Shown here piece by piece: positions 62,851 through 64,000 of a stretch of DNA of 64,000 nt. This DNA comes from Fimbriosthenelais zetlandica (taxonomy: Eukaryota). The notes beneath the pieces are model-generated. The model was not told where the DNA came from and ran no database searches. It saw only the letters and a program-made list of their open reading frames with translations. Location of the stretch: the NCBI GenBank assembly GCA_977030845.1, contig OZ365113.1, forward strand, positions 31,372,001-31,436,000, given 5' to 3'. A program made the translations under genes and the position numbers. Each line of letters starts with the position of its first letter. Position 1 is the first letter of the stretch.

Positions 62851-64000
62851 TGCATTAATATTAAGCATTTCTGATATAAACTTGCACCCTTTCTAACAGA
62901 ACACTAATACAGCACTTTTTGATTGAGTAAATGTTTGTCATACAGTAATAATTGTTCGTATAATGTACAATACTCTATCCAGTAATCAGGATTGATTATA
63001 AAATGTCTGCTTATCAACACATAGGCCTACTAGTTATAAACCAATGACTCGCACCACAGATATAGCCTGCCCCTGCAATACCACACGCTTCCCACTTAGT
63101 CGCACTCCTACGCTTACATTTCCCTGTTATTTTCCGCTAGTATCCATAGCAATCGTAACACTCATATATGCTTAATGGTGTATATTATGTTATTCTATTC
63201 ATTTCGTTCTTCATTCTGCTTATATTCATGCATTTTAATTGCCTAGTATTTAACCTATTTTTTCCTGTCAAATAATCAGTTTCATGGATGATATCTATGA
63301 AAGGGCACACATTTTTTGTTAGATTTATTTAATTTTAGTCATTTAATATGGATGTAAACTCTATCTGGGGGATTTAAGCTGCTCGCTTCCCTATCGTTCC
63401 CATCTAGTTTCATTGGGGTCTCTCCTTCAATAATGTATTGAGAATGCCATAAGATCACAGCATGAGAGGTAGAGGCATAGCTATAATTGAAGTGGCTTCA
63501 TCTCCTCTATATAGTGGCTTAGATCATCACAATCAGACCAATGGTGATCGCCGGGCCTTGGATCACTTTTAATTTAGCCTCCAGGTTTTGGATCACAAAG
63601 GCCTGTAGTACGACTGAGGCTGATCGGGTTATACACTGGAAGGAGAGGGAGAAGGAGCTTTGCCAGCTCCTCCTGGGTGTCTCCTAACCCCATAATTACT
63701 ACTCCCACCTCCAGGGTGGAGAGACAATATAACCCCTTCAGCCGCCCCCCCCCCCCCTCCTCCCACCCCAGCCCCCAGTGTATAGGGGGCTCGACATTGG
63801 GGGTAATCCCCACTTGTGTCGTTAGCGCCATAGGTAGAGTTTTTCATCATTTCCCAGGCTTTTTTCTAAGTCTTAAGTGAAAAAGCAGGCCTGGGAATAT
63901 ATCTTAATTGCTCTACTGGGATATGTACATAGGTCATTATTGTCTGGTATTTTTGTATTAGTCGCCGATCACTGAGCAATCAATTGGAAAGATAAATGAA

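Overview
Eukaryotic (animal, probably invertebrate) genomic DNA covering the 5' part of a zfh2/ZFHX3/ZFHX4-family zinc-finger homeobox gene on the + strand. About 21 kb of non-coding upstream sequence with candidate promoters and UTR exons precedes a 3.8-kb first coding exon (21046-24820, ATG at 21100, about ten C2H2-type fingers). A ~37.8-kb intron follows, then a 99-nt phase-1/phase-1 exon (62608-62706). Two features in the intron stand out. (1) A sense-strand CR1/L2-group LINE with an uninterrupted APE-RT ORF (48223-51132) and a poly(A) tail. It has no recognisable ORF1; upstream lies an array of nine intact bulged hairpins with a shared GGUU/UGUU loop, built from two unrelated stem sequences and showing compensatory changes. 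(2) A 278-codon ORF (57663-58499) resembling the DNA-binding N-terminus of an IS630-Tc1-mariner transposase, with a duplicated HTH module and no DDE domain. It ends at a phase-1 GTGAGT donor that would splice in frame into the downstream ZFHX exon, which suggests a transposase-ZFHX fusion isoform from an internal promoter. No tRNA, rRNA, CRISPR or prokaryotic features were seen. All splice and promoter models were inferred by eye and need transcript data.
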